Below, in pieces: positions 19,872 to 29,091 of a DNA stretch of 64,000 bases (position 1 is its first letter; each line of letters starts with the position of its first letter). The notes under the pieces are model-generated. The model was not told the DNA's origin. It worked only from the letters and a program-made list of their open reading frames with translations, and did not search any database. Source of the stretch: a virus (taxonomy: Duplodnaviria > Caudoviricetes); IMG/VR virus record IMGVR_UViG_3300043450_000376. One strand, given 5' to 3'. Both the position numbers and the translations under genes were made by a program.

Positions 19872-19928
19872 AATTATATTTATTTGCGCAATAGAGGATC
19901 AAATAGCCTAATTTGTGTATAATAAAAC

Positions 19929-20339
19929 ATGTCGATCATTAACTGGGAACTGTGGCACAGGATTAAAGGTGCAAATATACCGATCGTAACAAAACTCGAT
20001 CCACGATTTAAGATGAAAAAGAAAACAAAAATACAGCAAATTGTCAGGGATTGGCAAGAGGCTAGTCCGGCTGAGGTTTGGGAAGGGGTAAGAGATAATT
20101 TTCTCTTTGGATTTATTGGTGCTACCCTAGTGGTGTTTATTGCAACGCGAACAGACCTTGCCGTTTTTATCGGCTATATTACCTATTATTTTTATATGGG
20201 CCGAATTGTCAATCGACCTAAATATGTAACTGACCTTGGTAAATTGGTAGTGTTTCCAATTCCTAGTGCACTGGGTGCTTTTACTGGATATAAACTTTCA
20301 TACTTATTAATACAACTAACTAATCAATGGCTGGCATAG
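19929..20339 (+). CDS. membrane protein
   Basis: three hydrophobic segments. Confidence 0.6.
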   Translation: MSIINWELWHRIKGANIPIVTKLDPRFKMKKKTKIQQIVRDWQEASPAEVWEGVRDNFLFGFIGATLVVFIATRTDLAVFIGYITYYFYMGRIVNRPKYVTDLGKLVVFPIPSALGAFTGYKLSYLLIQLTNQWLA

Positions 20340-20638
20340 TTAAATCACTTAATTTAGGTCACTTTAAAGCGACCATGGTAATTCGTCACAAGTGGGAAAA
20401 TTACCGAAATTCTGAATACTCAACCAAAATGATGGATGACATTACACTATGGCATCGACGTTATCAGTTAGGTATTTGGTTTAAAAAAGACATGGCAGTC
20501 GGCACCCGTAAAAAGGGTAAGGCGATGTTTGCCAAGTCAAACCTATCGCCAAGTTGGTATATTGGATTCGACCTAATCTGGATTAAAGTTTGGTTTAACT
20601 TTAACTGGAAGGTCTTAACCTTTAAAATAGATGACTAG
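20327..20638 (+). CDS. hypothetical protein
   Basis: coupled to neighbours. Confidence 0.55.
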   Translation: MAGIVKSLNLGHFKATMVIRHKWENYRNSEYSTKMMDDITLWHRRYQLGIWFKKDMAVGTRKKGKAMFAKSNLSPSWYIGFDLIWIKVWFNFNWKVLTFKIDD

Positions 20639-21246
20639 TGACTAATAATTTTAGCCAAATTTCCAAGCTACTTCAATTCCGAAGTGATGATGATTTCTAT
20701 CATCTACAAATTATCAAGCGTAAAAAGGACCATCCAGAAATTGGATCAAATTCGCTTGTGGTCAAGACATATTATATTAAGTCCCATGACCACTTAGCCA
20801 AAGTTGGCCCAGAAATTATTGCACTTTGCGATTTTCATGGAGCGCGAGCCTGTATTAATCTTAATCGTCGATCATTTGAAAGGATGGCTTTTCATACCCT
20901 AAAGAAAATAACTGATCAAATTATGAACAGGGATTTTAGGTCTGTTCGTAAAGCTTATGAATCAGTTTGTGGAGCCTACTCAAATGAACCTAACAAAAGT
21001 TGGATAATTGATATTGACAATATTTCGCTTGATGGATTTAATCATAGCCCTGATATGATTGCATTAAGAGAAAAGATTATTGAACTACAGCTTGAAATTG
21101 GTGGAGAACCACGAATGGATTTTATTAAGACTCGCAGCGGAGTTCATATTATTTGTCGACCATTTAATCTACAAAAATTTAAGGAAGAATTTCCAGAGGT
21201 TGATGTACATAAAGATAATCCAACAATTTTATACATATCAGCATGA
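20638..21246 (+). CDS. archaeo-eukaryotic primase (AEP)-like fold protein
   Basis: WIIDID (motif I-like) and TRSGVH (motif II-like). Confidence 0.45.
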   Translation: MTNNFSQISKLLQFRSDDDFYHLQIIKRKKDHPEIGSNSLVVKTYYIKSHDHLAKVGPEIIALCDFHGARACINLNRRSFERMAFHTLKKITDQIMNRDFRSVRKAYESVCGAYSNEPNKSWIIDIDNISLDGFNHSPDMIALREKIIELQLEIGGEPRMDFIKTRSGVHIICRPFNLQKFKEEFPEVDVHKDNPTILYISA

Positions 21247-21482
21247 AGACTAGACTATCAAGAAAGGGAGTTGACCTAGGTGAAGACCGACAAGGCGGCA
21301 TGTTTGGGCTATTTGATTCCCTAATTAAGGAGACTTGCCGAATTAGTGAAGATGAATTGGATCTACTATGCGAAACTGCAACTGAAGATGAGCTTGATTT
21401 AGCAGTAGCGGATCGGCTATCATTTGCAGACAAGAGACTACTCTTAAAATTTTTAGAAGAAAAAATTTATAATAAATCATGA
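21243..21482 (+). CDS. hypothetical protein
   Basis: ATGA overlap. Confidence 0.55.
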   Translation: MKTRLSRKGVDLGEDRQGGMFGLFDSLIKETCRISEDELDLLCETATEDELDLAVADRLSFADKRLLLKFLEEKIYNKS

Positions 21483-21850
21483 CATACGAAAATTTCTTAA
21501 AACTGACACTGGGTCTACAAAAGACCTCTAGACAATTAGAAGACCTCAATAAATTAGGGGTCGACCTGATTGATTTTACTGATCCTTATAGTACAATCAT
21601 CCATAACCTATTGGGTGAAATCTGGACTCCCGAGGGTGTCGACTGGCTAACCTGGTTTATGTGGGAAGCTGACTTTGGCACCAAAGATTTTAGCAAAACC
21701 CCAAGTTATAAAAAGGTCGATGGCAAAATGGTTAAAGTCGAAGGGGACAGGTGGGGAGCACATGACGAAAATGGCGAACCTATTTGCTATTCTCATGAAT
21801 CTACTTGGGAATTCCTAAAACAATATGAACTTGCCAAAGGCGCAGAGTAG
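21479..21850 (+). CDS. hypothetical protein
   Basis: ATGA overlap; DWLTWFMWE.DFG. Confidence 0.6.
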   Translation: MTYENFLKLTLGLQKTSRQLEDLNKLGVDLIDFTDPYSTIIHNLLGEIWTPEGVDWLTWFMWEADFGTKDFSKTPSYKKVDGKMVKVEGDRWGAHDENGEPICYSHESTWEFLKQYELAKGAE

Positions 21851-21885
21851 TTAGTATATTAAATTTAACCAAAATTAGATTTAAT

Positions 21886-22287
21886 ATGAAAAAGCAAATT
21901 TTAACTATCTTAACCTGTTTAGCGTCAATCACAGTATTTTCGCAAACTACCGAAATTAACTTAAGTTTAAGTGCAGTTGAAACTGCAAGTGTTAGTAAAG
22001 TTAATGGATATTTAGTATGGAGTAATCAAATTAACACTAAATCATCGGCCTTAATCACTGACAGCTGTGTAGTATTAACTGACGATATTGGTAAAGAAAC
22101 TAACTATCGGGTCCTAACTACTTCAACTGGATTTACCGAAACTACTATTAAGCTTTTTGTAATCAACGATTTATCTGGTAAATTCTACAATATTGAATTC
22201 TTTACTACAGATAATAACACGACTGCCGTAGTATTGCACATATCCAATATGGAAAGTGTTATCCACTACACAGGTTCTAAATTATAA
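21886..22287 (+). CDS. secreted protein
   Basis: signal peptide ...ITVFS|Q. Confidence 0.6.
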   Translation: MKKQILTILTCLASITVFSQTTEINLSLSAVETASVSKVNGYLVWSNQINTKSSALITDSCVVLTDDIGKETNYRVLTTSTGFTETTIKLFVINDLSGKFYNIEFFTTDNNTTAVVLHISNMESVIHYTGSKL

Positions 22288-22304
22288 TTGACTCTATTTA
22301 AATA

Positions 22305-22331
22305 AAAAGTCCTGCCATTGGCAGGACTTTT
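22305..22331. terminator. bidirectional terminator
   Basis: AAAAGTCCTGCC-AT-TGGCAGGACTTTT. Confidence 0.8.
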
Positions 22332-22357
22332 GTTGTTTTATATTAAGCTTGATACTA

Positions 22358-23902
22358 TTAACTGTTAGGGACAGCTGGCTGAGCTATAACTGTTCCCTTA
22401 GGTAAAATTTTATTAATAACATCACCTTTATTGTATTGAACATTATTTATTGTAAATACCTTATTTACTAGATAGGTATTATCTTTTTGTTTAGCAACTG
22501 TGCCGTTTGTTAGGTAATTTTGAAGAGCTTGGTCAGAATTAAGTGTTCCAACTTTATTTGCTGCAAATGCTACTTTAACTCCAGTTAAGGTAGGCCCGGT
22601 TGCAGTAGTAACTGCTCCTTTAGCGTCTGCACTTTTTGGAACCGCTGTATTTTGAACTCCTAGGTTATTTCCGCATAGGTCAGTTTTAGCAAGTTCGCCA
22701 TTATCAGTTTTAGGATAAGTTGGGAAACCTTTTGTAATATTACCGTCAGATCCATATATCCATACGTGAGGTGCATCTGTATGACAAGCTAACCCTTTAG
22801 GTACACTATAGCCATCACCATTTTTTATACACCTAGCTCTAACTACCAGTGTCTTACCGTCGCCGGCTGATGCAATTTTCTTAACTAGGGCAGCATCATC
22901 TAAACGAAATACGTTTCGTCTAACACCGCCGTTAACCGCACCGCTATAGACTTTGTATAATTCATCGGTTGGCCCTTTTGAATTACTCATACTTGCAAAA
23001 GGCAGACCGGCTGGAATATAGCCCGACTCAGTCTTTCCACCATATGAAGTTTTTAGAGGAATTCCATTCACGGTTATTTCAAAATTTGCATGGTCACATG
23101 AATGACCAATTGTTGTATCATCATAGTTAACATAAATTTTCATACCTAATGCGCATTGACCTATTCCTGCATCTTGAACTACTATAAATTGAACAGTTGT
23201 TTTTTGATCTGCGTCATAACCCTTTTTAAGTCTAGTATATTCAAGATTAATTGCCATTGCTGCCTTTTTTACAGGGTCAGCTTCTCTCATCCATGTGCGA
23301 TAATCATCCCAGCCGCCAGACGGTTCAGTTAAGGTTTTGGCCTCTTCAAAAATAAGTCTAGCCTCTGGTAATTTAGAAATAGTTCCAGCCTGAAATAATG
23401 GTTTAAGTACATCACTAACATATGCTGCAATTTTCTCTTTACGCTTTTCAGATAACCAACCGGTTGCCTTTTGGCCAGTGCCGCCTTCCATATCAAAGTT
23501 TGGAATAATTGATTCGCTAGATTTAATAATAACTTTAGATACCCAAGTTTTAGCAGGTTCCGCTTTAAGGAAAGCTATCATATTATCAAGAGTTTCTTTA
23601 AATCTGTCTGAGTTTTTAAATGTTTTAGGCTCGCCAACCTTTGGTTTGGTTGTATGGTCTACTGAATAGTAACCTGATCCATAAAGACATAAAATATCTT
23701 TAGAGTTTCCGCCTTTGCCTGCAACAAACGGGCCAAATGTCTCGCCGGCTTCGTCAATTGGTTGAATCGCATTTGCTTCGTGATTGGCCATTACCTGGTC
23801 AATACTAATACTTTCGGTAATAAATGAGTGACTTGCACAACCGCACTCGCTAATTGGGTTTTGTTTTTCAAATAACCAATCGTGGTATTTCTTAATTTCC
23901 AT
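22358..23902 (-). CDS. late protein with OmpA-C-like domain and capsid-targeting-like leader
   Basis: MEIKKYHDWLFE|K; VIIKSSES..WLSEKRKEKIAAYV..YDADQ. Confidence 0.55.
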   Translation of the reverse strand: MEIKKYHDWLFEKQNPISECGCASHSFITESISIDQVMANHEANAIQPIDEAGETFGPFVAGKGGNSKDILCLYGSGYYSVDHTTKPKVGEPKTFKNSDRFKETLDNMIAFLKAEPAKTWVSKVIIKSSESIIPNFDMEGGTGQKATGWLSEKRKEKIAAYVSDVLKPLFQAGTISKLPEARLIFEEAKTLTEPSGGWDDYRTWMREADPVKKAAMAINLEYTRLKKGYDADQKTTVQFIVVQDAGIGQCALGMKIYVNYDDTTIGHSCDHANFEITVNGIPLKTSYGGKTESGYIPAGLPFASMSNSKGPTDELYKVYSGAVNGGVRRNVFRLDDAALVKKIASAGDGKTLVVRARCIKNGDGYSVPKGLACHTDAPHVWIYGSDGNITKGFPTYPKTDNGELAKTDLCGNNLGVQNTAVPKSADAKGAVTTATGPTLTGVKVAFAANKVGTLNSDQALQNYLTNGTVAKQKDNTYLVNKVFTINNVQYNKGDVINKILPKGTVIAQPAVPNS

Positions 23903-23994
23903 TAACTTTTTAGTTTATTTGTAGTTATTTATCTTTCCAGGAAAGATCTTGTTTATTATACTTAGGTATAAGATCTTGAACAAAATTTAATATA

Positions 23995-24273
23995 ATGAAA
24001 AAATCAAGTATTGTTGCCGCCGTTGCAACTGGGTTAGTACTTTTAACCATTGCGGTTAGCTCAATTGTGTCAAACCGCAAACTGGCTGGGCAAGTCGCCG
24101 CACAAAAGCAATTTATTGAACAGCGCGAGGCCCTAATTGATTCGCTGCATGCCGAACTATTTATTGCCAATGTTACAATTGCCCGTACTGAATTTACGCT
24201 CGAGTGGCTAAACGAGGTCAATCCACCAGCATTTATTCAGTTTAGTCAGTACTATGATCATCAGACTGAATAG
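23995..24273 (+). CDS. N-anchored membrane protein
   Basis: N-terminal TM. Confidence 0.55.
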   Translation: MKKSSIVAAVATGLVLLTIAVSSIVSNRKLAGQVAAQKQFIEQREALIDSLHAELFIANVTIARTEFTLEWLNEVNPPAFIQFSQYYDHQTE

Positions 24274-24308
24274 TGGCAAATAAATAACTCAAATAAATCT
24301 ATTATAGG

Positions 24309-24944
24309 ATGCCACAACACATTAAATTATTTGAAAGCTGGTTAGGCGATATCGCAGATAAGGTAAAGTCTGCCTTTACTGGCGAACCGGGAGCAGACTC
24401 TGCCGAAGTCTCAGATTCGGAATTTAAACAGGAGTTTAAACAAGAAATTGAAGATATTTCAGCCCAAGCGACCCAGCCACGAATGGACCCGCTAAAAGAC
24501 GACAAATATTTTGTTGTACACCATACTGCAGGTCGAGGCCGTGCTGAGGATGTAGTTAATGTTTTAAATGATCGCGGACTTGGAGTCCAGTGGGTTATTG
24601 ATCGTGATGGTAAAGTATTTCAAACCTTACCTGATGGTGTAGTTGGCTGGCATGCTGGTCATAGTGATCAAAAGGATGCCCCACATGACTTGCAGAATCA
24701 AACTGCTCAGGGCGTAGAGGTTATTGCTAAAGACGATGCTGATGTTTTACCTATCCAGGTGGTTGCAGCTTTTAAACTAATGAAATATCTTGGTTATGAA
24801 AAGGATGCAGTTTGGGGACATGGTGAAGTAACCTATAATAAACAGGCAACTGAGGGCCAAACTATAGTTGATTACTGGCGAGAAAATTTTGATAAGACCC
24901 CAGCCCAGGTTGAGGCGGATCTTATTGGTGGAGACCTAGCCTAG
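24309..24944 (+). CDS. N-acetylmuramoyl-L-alanine amidase (Amidase_2/PGRP type)
   Basis: VVHHTAG, VQWVIDRDG, GWHAG, GVE, WGHGEV Zn ligands; leader MPQHIKLFE|S. Confidence 0.8.
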   Translation: MPQHIKLFESWLGDIADKVKSAFTGEPGADSAEVSDSEFKQEFKQEIEDISAQATQPRMDPLKDDKYFVVHHTAGRGRAEDVVNVLNDRGLGVQWVIDRDGKVFQTLPDGVVGWHAGHSDQKDAPHDLQNQTAQGVEVIAKDDADVLPIQVVAAFKLMKYLGYEKDAVWGHGEVTYNKQATEGQTIVDYWRENFDKTPAQVEADLIGGDLA

Positions 24945-24971
24945 CTAGACTCACCTATATCTTAAATTACT

Positions 24972-24996
24972 AAAGAGGCGCCTAGCCTCTTTTTTT
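24972..24996 (+). terminator. intrinsic terminator
   Basis: AAAGAGGC-N5-GCCTCTTT + T run. Confidence 0.7.
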
Positions 24997-25062
24997 ATGC
25001 AGTATTCCTGGACCCCGCCGAGTGCGCCCGCGCAAGGGGGTTGGGGTTAAGAGTGGTGAGGC

Positions 25063-25635
25063 CTAGCGCCTACCCCAGCGCCAACTACGACCATGGGCAT
25101 CAAGTGCAACTTGGTACATAAATCTGGCCAGGGCTGTACCCGGCTCAGTTAAGCCATCGAATATAACCTGACGGTTAGAGGTTGGTTGGCCAATTCGACC
25201 AGAGTTACGTAGAGAACCTGGGAAAATCCAGTATTCAAACCTAGAGCTCAATGAGGTCTCCATCTCCATTTGACGCTGCCACTGCTGCAGCTCCCCTTTT
25301 ATCTTTGCATAGCGTGCCTCTTGAGCAGGGCTTAAGCCCTTAGGCAAGTCAGCAGTAAAGAGAATTTCGGCTGCATCAGCTGGGCTAATTTTAAGCACGA
25401 CTGTACCATTATCCGCCTGGCGGCCTGTTGCCCAATCCCGCCACTCTAGCCCAAGATCCGCAAATAGGGTCTTGAGGGCGGCAACAAATTCGCTACGATA
25501 CTGTTTATCCAAACCAAGCTCCTGTAATTTCTGTTTAAAATCCTCGGGTTCTATTAAGCCTAGTGCCAACATGCGCCTAGCTGCGGCAATCTCTTCAGCG
25601 GATTCAAATAGGCGGTATGGTTTTAAATATTTCAT
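25063..25635 (-). CDS. late protein with leader and RLxxLGL-like motifs
   Basis: MKYLKPYRLFE|S..RRMLALGL, KLQELGL. Confidence 0.65.
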   Translation of the reverse strand: MKYLKPYRLFESAEEIAAARRMLALGLIEPEDFKQKLQELGLDKQYRSEFVAALKTLFADLGLEWRDWATGRQADNGTVVLKISPADAAEILFTADLPKGLSPAQEARYAKIKGELQQWQRQMEMETSLSSRFEYWIFPGSLRNSGRIGQPTSNRQVIFDGLTEPGTALARFMYQVALDAHGRSWRWGRR

Positions 25636-25637
25636 AG

Positions 25638-26288
25638 TTAGTTGGTTTCTTCTATTTCAACACCGATAAATGGTACAAAGACCTTGTCCATCCACTTGAT
25701 AATTTCGTCTGCTATCCACCTACTCTGTGCAACCGTGCTTGGTATCCATTGATACCCACCAATTGGTCTTTCCCAGAAATAGTCAGGTACCGTAATAAGC
25801 TGACTACTATCAAGTCGACCGGCTGCCTTTTGAAAACGAATTACCAATCTGCAATTCCATACCTTATAACTATAGTTAACGCCCTTATCAATATAGACAC
25901 TATAATAAGGATCGCGCCCGCCTTTACCCTGCTGGTGGATCCTGATTTCGTCAAATGCCAGTTTTTCTACATCTAAATTAGGGTAGTGACTGGCTAACCG
26001 CTCCTTAACTAGCAATACTACATCATCTTTAATCTTGCTCCAATCCTCTAGATCAATCATACCTAGATCAACAAGTCTAACATATTGGGTCCAGAAAGGA
26101 TCCGCAGATTCGGTAATAGCAGGGGTATTGTCATGCCAGCACTTGTGACATAGATAGGGATTGGTTTCGCCGCCATCCAAGCCATCCGCTAGATTCCAAC
26201 TCCAGTTACAGCTTTTACCACTGCAGTGCACAACACCAGACTGGACCTCTTCGGTAATAAAATCTTTGTATAGTCTGATATGTTTCAT
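25638..26288 (-). CDS. late protein with leader, Zn-ribbon and RLxxLG motif
   Basis: MKHIRLYKDFITE|E; CSGKSC..YLCHKC; ITE|S..VRLVDLGM. Confidence 0.65.
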   Translation of the reverse strand: MKHIRLYKDFITEEVQSGVVHCSGKSCNWSWNLADGLDGGETNPYLCHKCWHDNTPAITESADPFWTQYVRLVDLGMIDLEDWSKIKDDVVLLVKERLASHYPNLDVEKLAFDEIRIHQQGKGGRDPYYSVYIDKGVNYSYKVWNCRLVIRFQKAAGRLDSSQLITVPDYFWERPIGGYQWIPSTVAQSRWIADEIIKWMDKVFVPFIGVEIEETN

Positions 26289-26291
26289 AGA

Positions 26292-26717
26292 TTAATATCT
26301 ACTTGTTTTGATGCCTTTACCTGCTGTACTAAACTTAGCTAGGGTTGCTGTATCGGATTTAGCAAGACTCTGCTGTATTGCTGAAATAACTACCTTAACC
26401 ATTTCTTGTAGATCTGGAGTTGCATCGTCTACAATTGGATCTGCACCTAACCAGTCTGGATCAGGAGTTACCCCGTCCCTCTTGTCTTCAGCATAGATAT
26501 CAGTAACCTTAATAACTACCATGGCAGTTATCTTATCTCCAGTTGCCTTTTCTAAGCTGGTCTTAAGTTTTTCACGGTTAATATCTAGATAACCTCTAAC
26601 TGCTGACCAGTCTGTTACCCCCTCGATAGGTTCCACGGTACCACCTAATTGAGTAGCCAATTGATCTAAGGCTACTGCCTCTACTAGATACTCACTAAAT
26701 CTTTTAATCCTGTTCAT
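26292..26717 (-). CDS. late protein with capsid-targeting-like leader
   Basis: likely start MNRIKRFSEYLVE|A at 26717; ATAAATA at 26743-26749. Confidence 0.65.
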   Translation of the reverse strand: MNRIKRFSEYLVEAVALDQLATQLGGTVEPIEGVTDWSAVRGYLDINREKLKTSLEKATGDKITAMVVIKVTDIYAEDKRDGVTPDPDWLGADPIVDDATPDLQEMVKVVISAIQQSLAKSDTATLAKFSTAGKGIKTSRY

Positions 26718-26759
26718 AATAATATTGTTATAGTTATAAAGATATTTATTAGCAAAAGA

Positions 26760-27127
26760 CCTGGACAACAGCCCCCAAGCCAGGGGAAATTCGCCACCAG
26801 TAGAAATGCCCCGAGGAAAAGCCCCTGGATAAATGAATCTAGGCAAAAAGGTCTGGACCACTAGCCAAGCCGGGGAGACAAGAGAAAAAAGTAAAAATGC
26901 TTGCTTCCCCCTGGCTACAAAAACTTATACCAGGGATAGGCCCCGGGGCAGCCCCTGGACAGCTCCCCAGGGTCACCCAGGAGCAGTCTGGACCTGTCCT
27001 GGTGTACCCCAGGAGTCACCTGGAGACAGCTGCCAGGACGGTCCCCAGGGCAGCCAGGAGCAGTACCAGACCGGTCCTGGGTAGGTATTATATAGCCTCC
27101 TGGGCTAGCCTGACCAGCAGCTCCAGG
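26760..27127. repeat. GC-rich non-coding array of 17 CCWGG sites
   Basis: CCWGG at 26760,26780,26824,26910,26930,26954,26967,26977,26998,27009,27019,27033,27045,27054,27076,27099,27123. Confidence 0.85.
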
Positions 27128-27222
27128 CAGGTCTCCAGCCGGTCCAGCAGGAGGTATTGCACTAGCCCTGTACCTACTCTGCGCAGGTAAACCTATACCC
27201 CTAGCCTAGTATAATAACTATA

Positions 27223-27528
27223 ATGCTAAACCAAAAGGAGATGCCTGAATACTTATCTACACTAATTAAAGACCGAATCCTTACTGGGCTGGAAGGAGTA
27301 GGTCGAGACCAGCAGGCGATACGCCACTGTCTAGGCAAGATAGTCGAAGACCTAGGTAAAACAGCAGGCGAAGAGGATTGGAGTGCAGAGTATCTTGAAT
27401 ACTTATTACATGCTCTATACCATGCCTGTATTACTGCGCTCGACGTGGCGGTTGCTAGGGAAGAATATGAATGGGCTGCTGAGTTATTCTATCGGGTTAA
27501 ACGCGAAGCAGCTATAAACAAACTATAA
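27223..27528 (+). CDS. small protein with UVR-like motif
   Basis: AVAREEYEWAAEL; after AGTATAAT. Confidence 0.55.
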   Translation: MLNQKEMPEYLSTLIKDRILTGLEGVGRDQQAIRHCLGKIVEDLGKTAGEEDWSAEYLEYLLHALYHACITALDVAVAREEYEWAAELFYRVKREAAINKL

Positions 27529-27531
27529 CAT

Positions 27532-27717
27532 ATGCAGATACAAGACTTTAAACCGGGAGATACTATCCAATGGTTACAGAAATTCGAAGAGCTAGAAGCC
27601 CCTATCACGGGTATTGTAGAAGTAGTAGCACCAGACGTGCTAACTGTGCGCGATAACCTTGGCCAGTTTTGGCAGGTAACAGCTGAAGATAGCCCGACTA
27701 GCTGGGATAATTGTTAA
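27532..27717 (+). CDS. hypothetical SH3-like small protein
   Basis: FKPGDTIQW..GIVEVV..LTV. Confidence 0.5.
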   Translation: MQIQDFKPGDTIQWLQKFEELEAPITGIVEVVAPDVLTVRDNLGQFWQVTAEDSPTSWDNC

Positions 27718-27758
27718 TAACTTTATTTTTGGGTGTCAAGTTAATTGGTTATATTTAC
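27711..27758 (+). promoter_or_regulatory. early promoter, copy 1 (TGTTAATAAC box 38 bp upstream of TATATTTAC)
   Basis: TTGTTAATAACTTT..GTGTCAAG..TATATTTAC. Confidence 0.75.
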
Positions 27759-27779
27759 TCTATAACTAAATGATATACG

Positions 27780-28082
27780 ATGATACACAAAGAATTTAAA
27801 TTAACCGTTACCGAACCTATTCGCGAAGAGTCAGGTCGTAGTGTAAAGCCTGTCCACTGGAGTATTGGGCAAGAGTTAACCCTTAGCGAGGCCGAGTTTA
27901 GCAGGCTAAGAGGTGGCGAAGTTGTCGAGAGATTTACCAACGAAGGGAGACTCAGATTTGATAAGCACCATTTTGCAAATGGGGTCAGGGTAATTGAAAT
28001 AGAAATTACCGAGAGCGAGGTAAAGCTTGGTAATACTAGAGGTCGTAAAGAGGTAAAGCTATTTTTCAACAGCAGCATATGA
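27780..28082 (+). CDS. hypothetical early protein
   Basis: directly follows promoter. Confidence 0.6.
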   Translation: MIHKEFKLTVTEPIREESGRSVKPVHWSIGQELTLSEAEFSRLRGGEVVERFTNEGRLRFDKHHFANGVRVIEIEITESEVKLGNTRGRKEVKLFFNSSI

Positions 28083-28187
28083 CCAGCCTCTTGTCAACTA
28101 TCGAGAAATTGGGTATATTAGCCCTAAAGATAATCGTGTTCTTTATAGTCGCGAAAGTATTATTTAAAATCTTAAACTGGATATAAT

Positions 28188-28415
28188 ATGTCAACTAAAA
28201 CAAAAGAAGCAATTTACAAACTATTTGTCGGTGTCTGTAGCTTTATGCTCGAAGCCTTTTTTCTTAAGGTAATATGGAATAGCATTGGCCCTGATCAAGG
28301 TCTACACGAAATTACCTGGCTCTCCGCAATGGGCTGGATGGTTATCGGCAAGACAGTAATGGGAACTGGTGCAATTAGGAGTGCTATCGCAGATGCCAAT
28401 AAGCCAAAGGGGTAG
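28188..28415 (+). CDS. small membrane protein
   Basis: two hydrophobic segments. Confidence 0.55.
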   Translation: MSTKTKEAIYKLFVGVCSFMLEAFFLKVIWNSIGPDQGLHEITWLSAMGWMVIGKTVMGTGAIRSAIADANKPKG

Positions 28416-28439
28416 GTATAATAATCTAAACAATATAAA

Positions 28440-28748
28440 ATGTCTATGTCTATAAAGAAAGCATTTGCAGCATTTACTGCAAAATTTAAAACCAAACCGA
28501 CTACAATGTCAAACACAGCAAACCAAACCAAGATAGGCATGACCTATCGCAAATTGCCTTACACAGCAAAATTAGCAGTTATTAACTCTCGTCTACGTCA
28601 AGGCGACTTAGTGAAAGTAGCTGCACGTACTGGATTCTCGCCTAACTACACAAGTGAAGTTATCGGTGGCTTGTACCAAAATGCAAAGATTGTAAACAAA
28701 GCTTTCGATATGACCCGCGGTCGTATCAAGAATTCTCAACTTGTCTAA
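28440..28748 (+). CDS. HTH DNA-binding protein
   Basis: LVKVAARTGFSPNYTSEVIGG helix-turn-helix-like; followed by terminator. Confidence 0.55.
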   Translation: MSMSIKKAFAAFTAKFKTKPTTMSNTANQTKIGMTYRKLPYTAKLAVINSRLRQGDLVKVAARTGFSPNYTSEVIGGLYQNAKIVNKAFDMTRGRIKNSQLV

Positions 28749-28770
28749 GTAGAGAATCTCTTAAGCCTTG

Positions 28771-28799
28771 AACCTGCCCCGTAAGGCAGGTTTTTTTTT
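28771..28799 (+). terminator. intrinsic terminator
   Basis: AACCTGCC-CCGTAA-GGCAGGTT + T run. Confidence 0.8.
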
Positions 28800-28800
28800 G

Positions 28801-28852
28801 AAAAATAAGTAATAAAAAGTTTTTTAGTGTCAACTTAATTGTTTATATTTAC
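28801..28852 (+). promoter_or_regulatory. early promoter (no upstream box)
   Basis: AAAAATAA..TTTTTTAGTGTCAACTTAATTGTTTATATTTAC. Confidence 0.7.
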
Positions 28853-28880
28853 ATATCATTAATAACCTAAACAATCTATT

Positions 28881-29090
28881 ATGAAAGCATCTATTAAATT
28901 TTTATTGGGTTCAGTCTTATTCTTATCAATTGCGTTCTTAACTGCGAGCGGTCATGTCGGAAAGGTTATCCCATTTGCAGGAACATTAAATGAAATGGGA
29001 TTCTTTATGTTAAGCGGAGCAATGGGAATACTATACGCGATTGCTGGATTCTCAAGAGAATCTAGTGATACTAAAGGGAGTATAAGATAA
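28881..29090 (+). CDS. small membrane protein
   Basis: two TM helices. Confidence 0.6.
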   Translation: MKASIKFLLGSVLFLSIAFLTASGHVGKVIPFAGTLNEMGFFMLSGAMGILYAIAGFSRESSDTKGSIR

Positions 29091-29091
29091 T

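Noticed and set aside
26833-27190. ORFs 26833-27084, 26897-27190 and the N-terminal extension of 26292-26861
   Set aside because: Pro/Gly/Arg-rich translations of the CCWGG array; the real gene starts at 26717 after its late promoter
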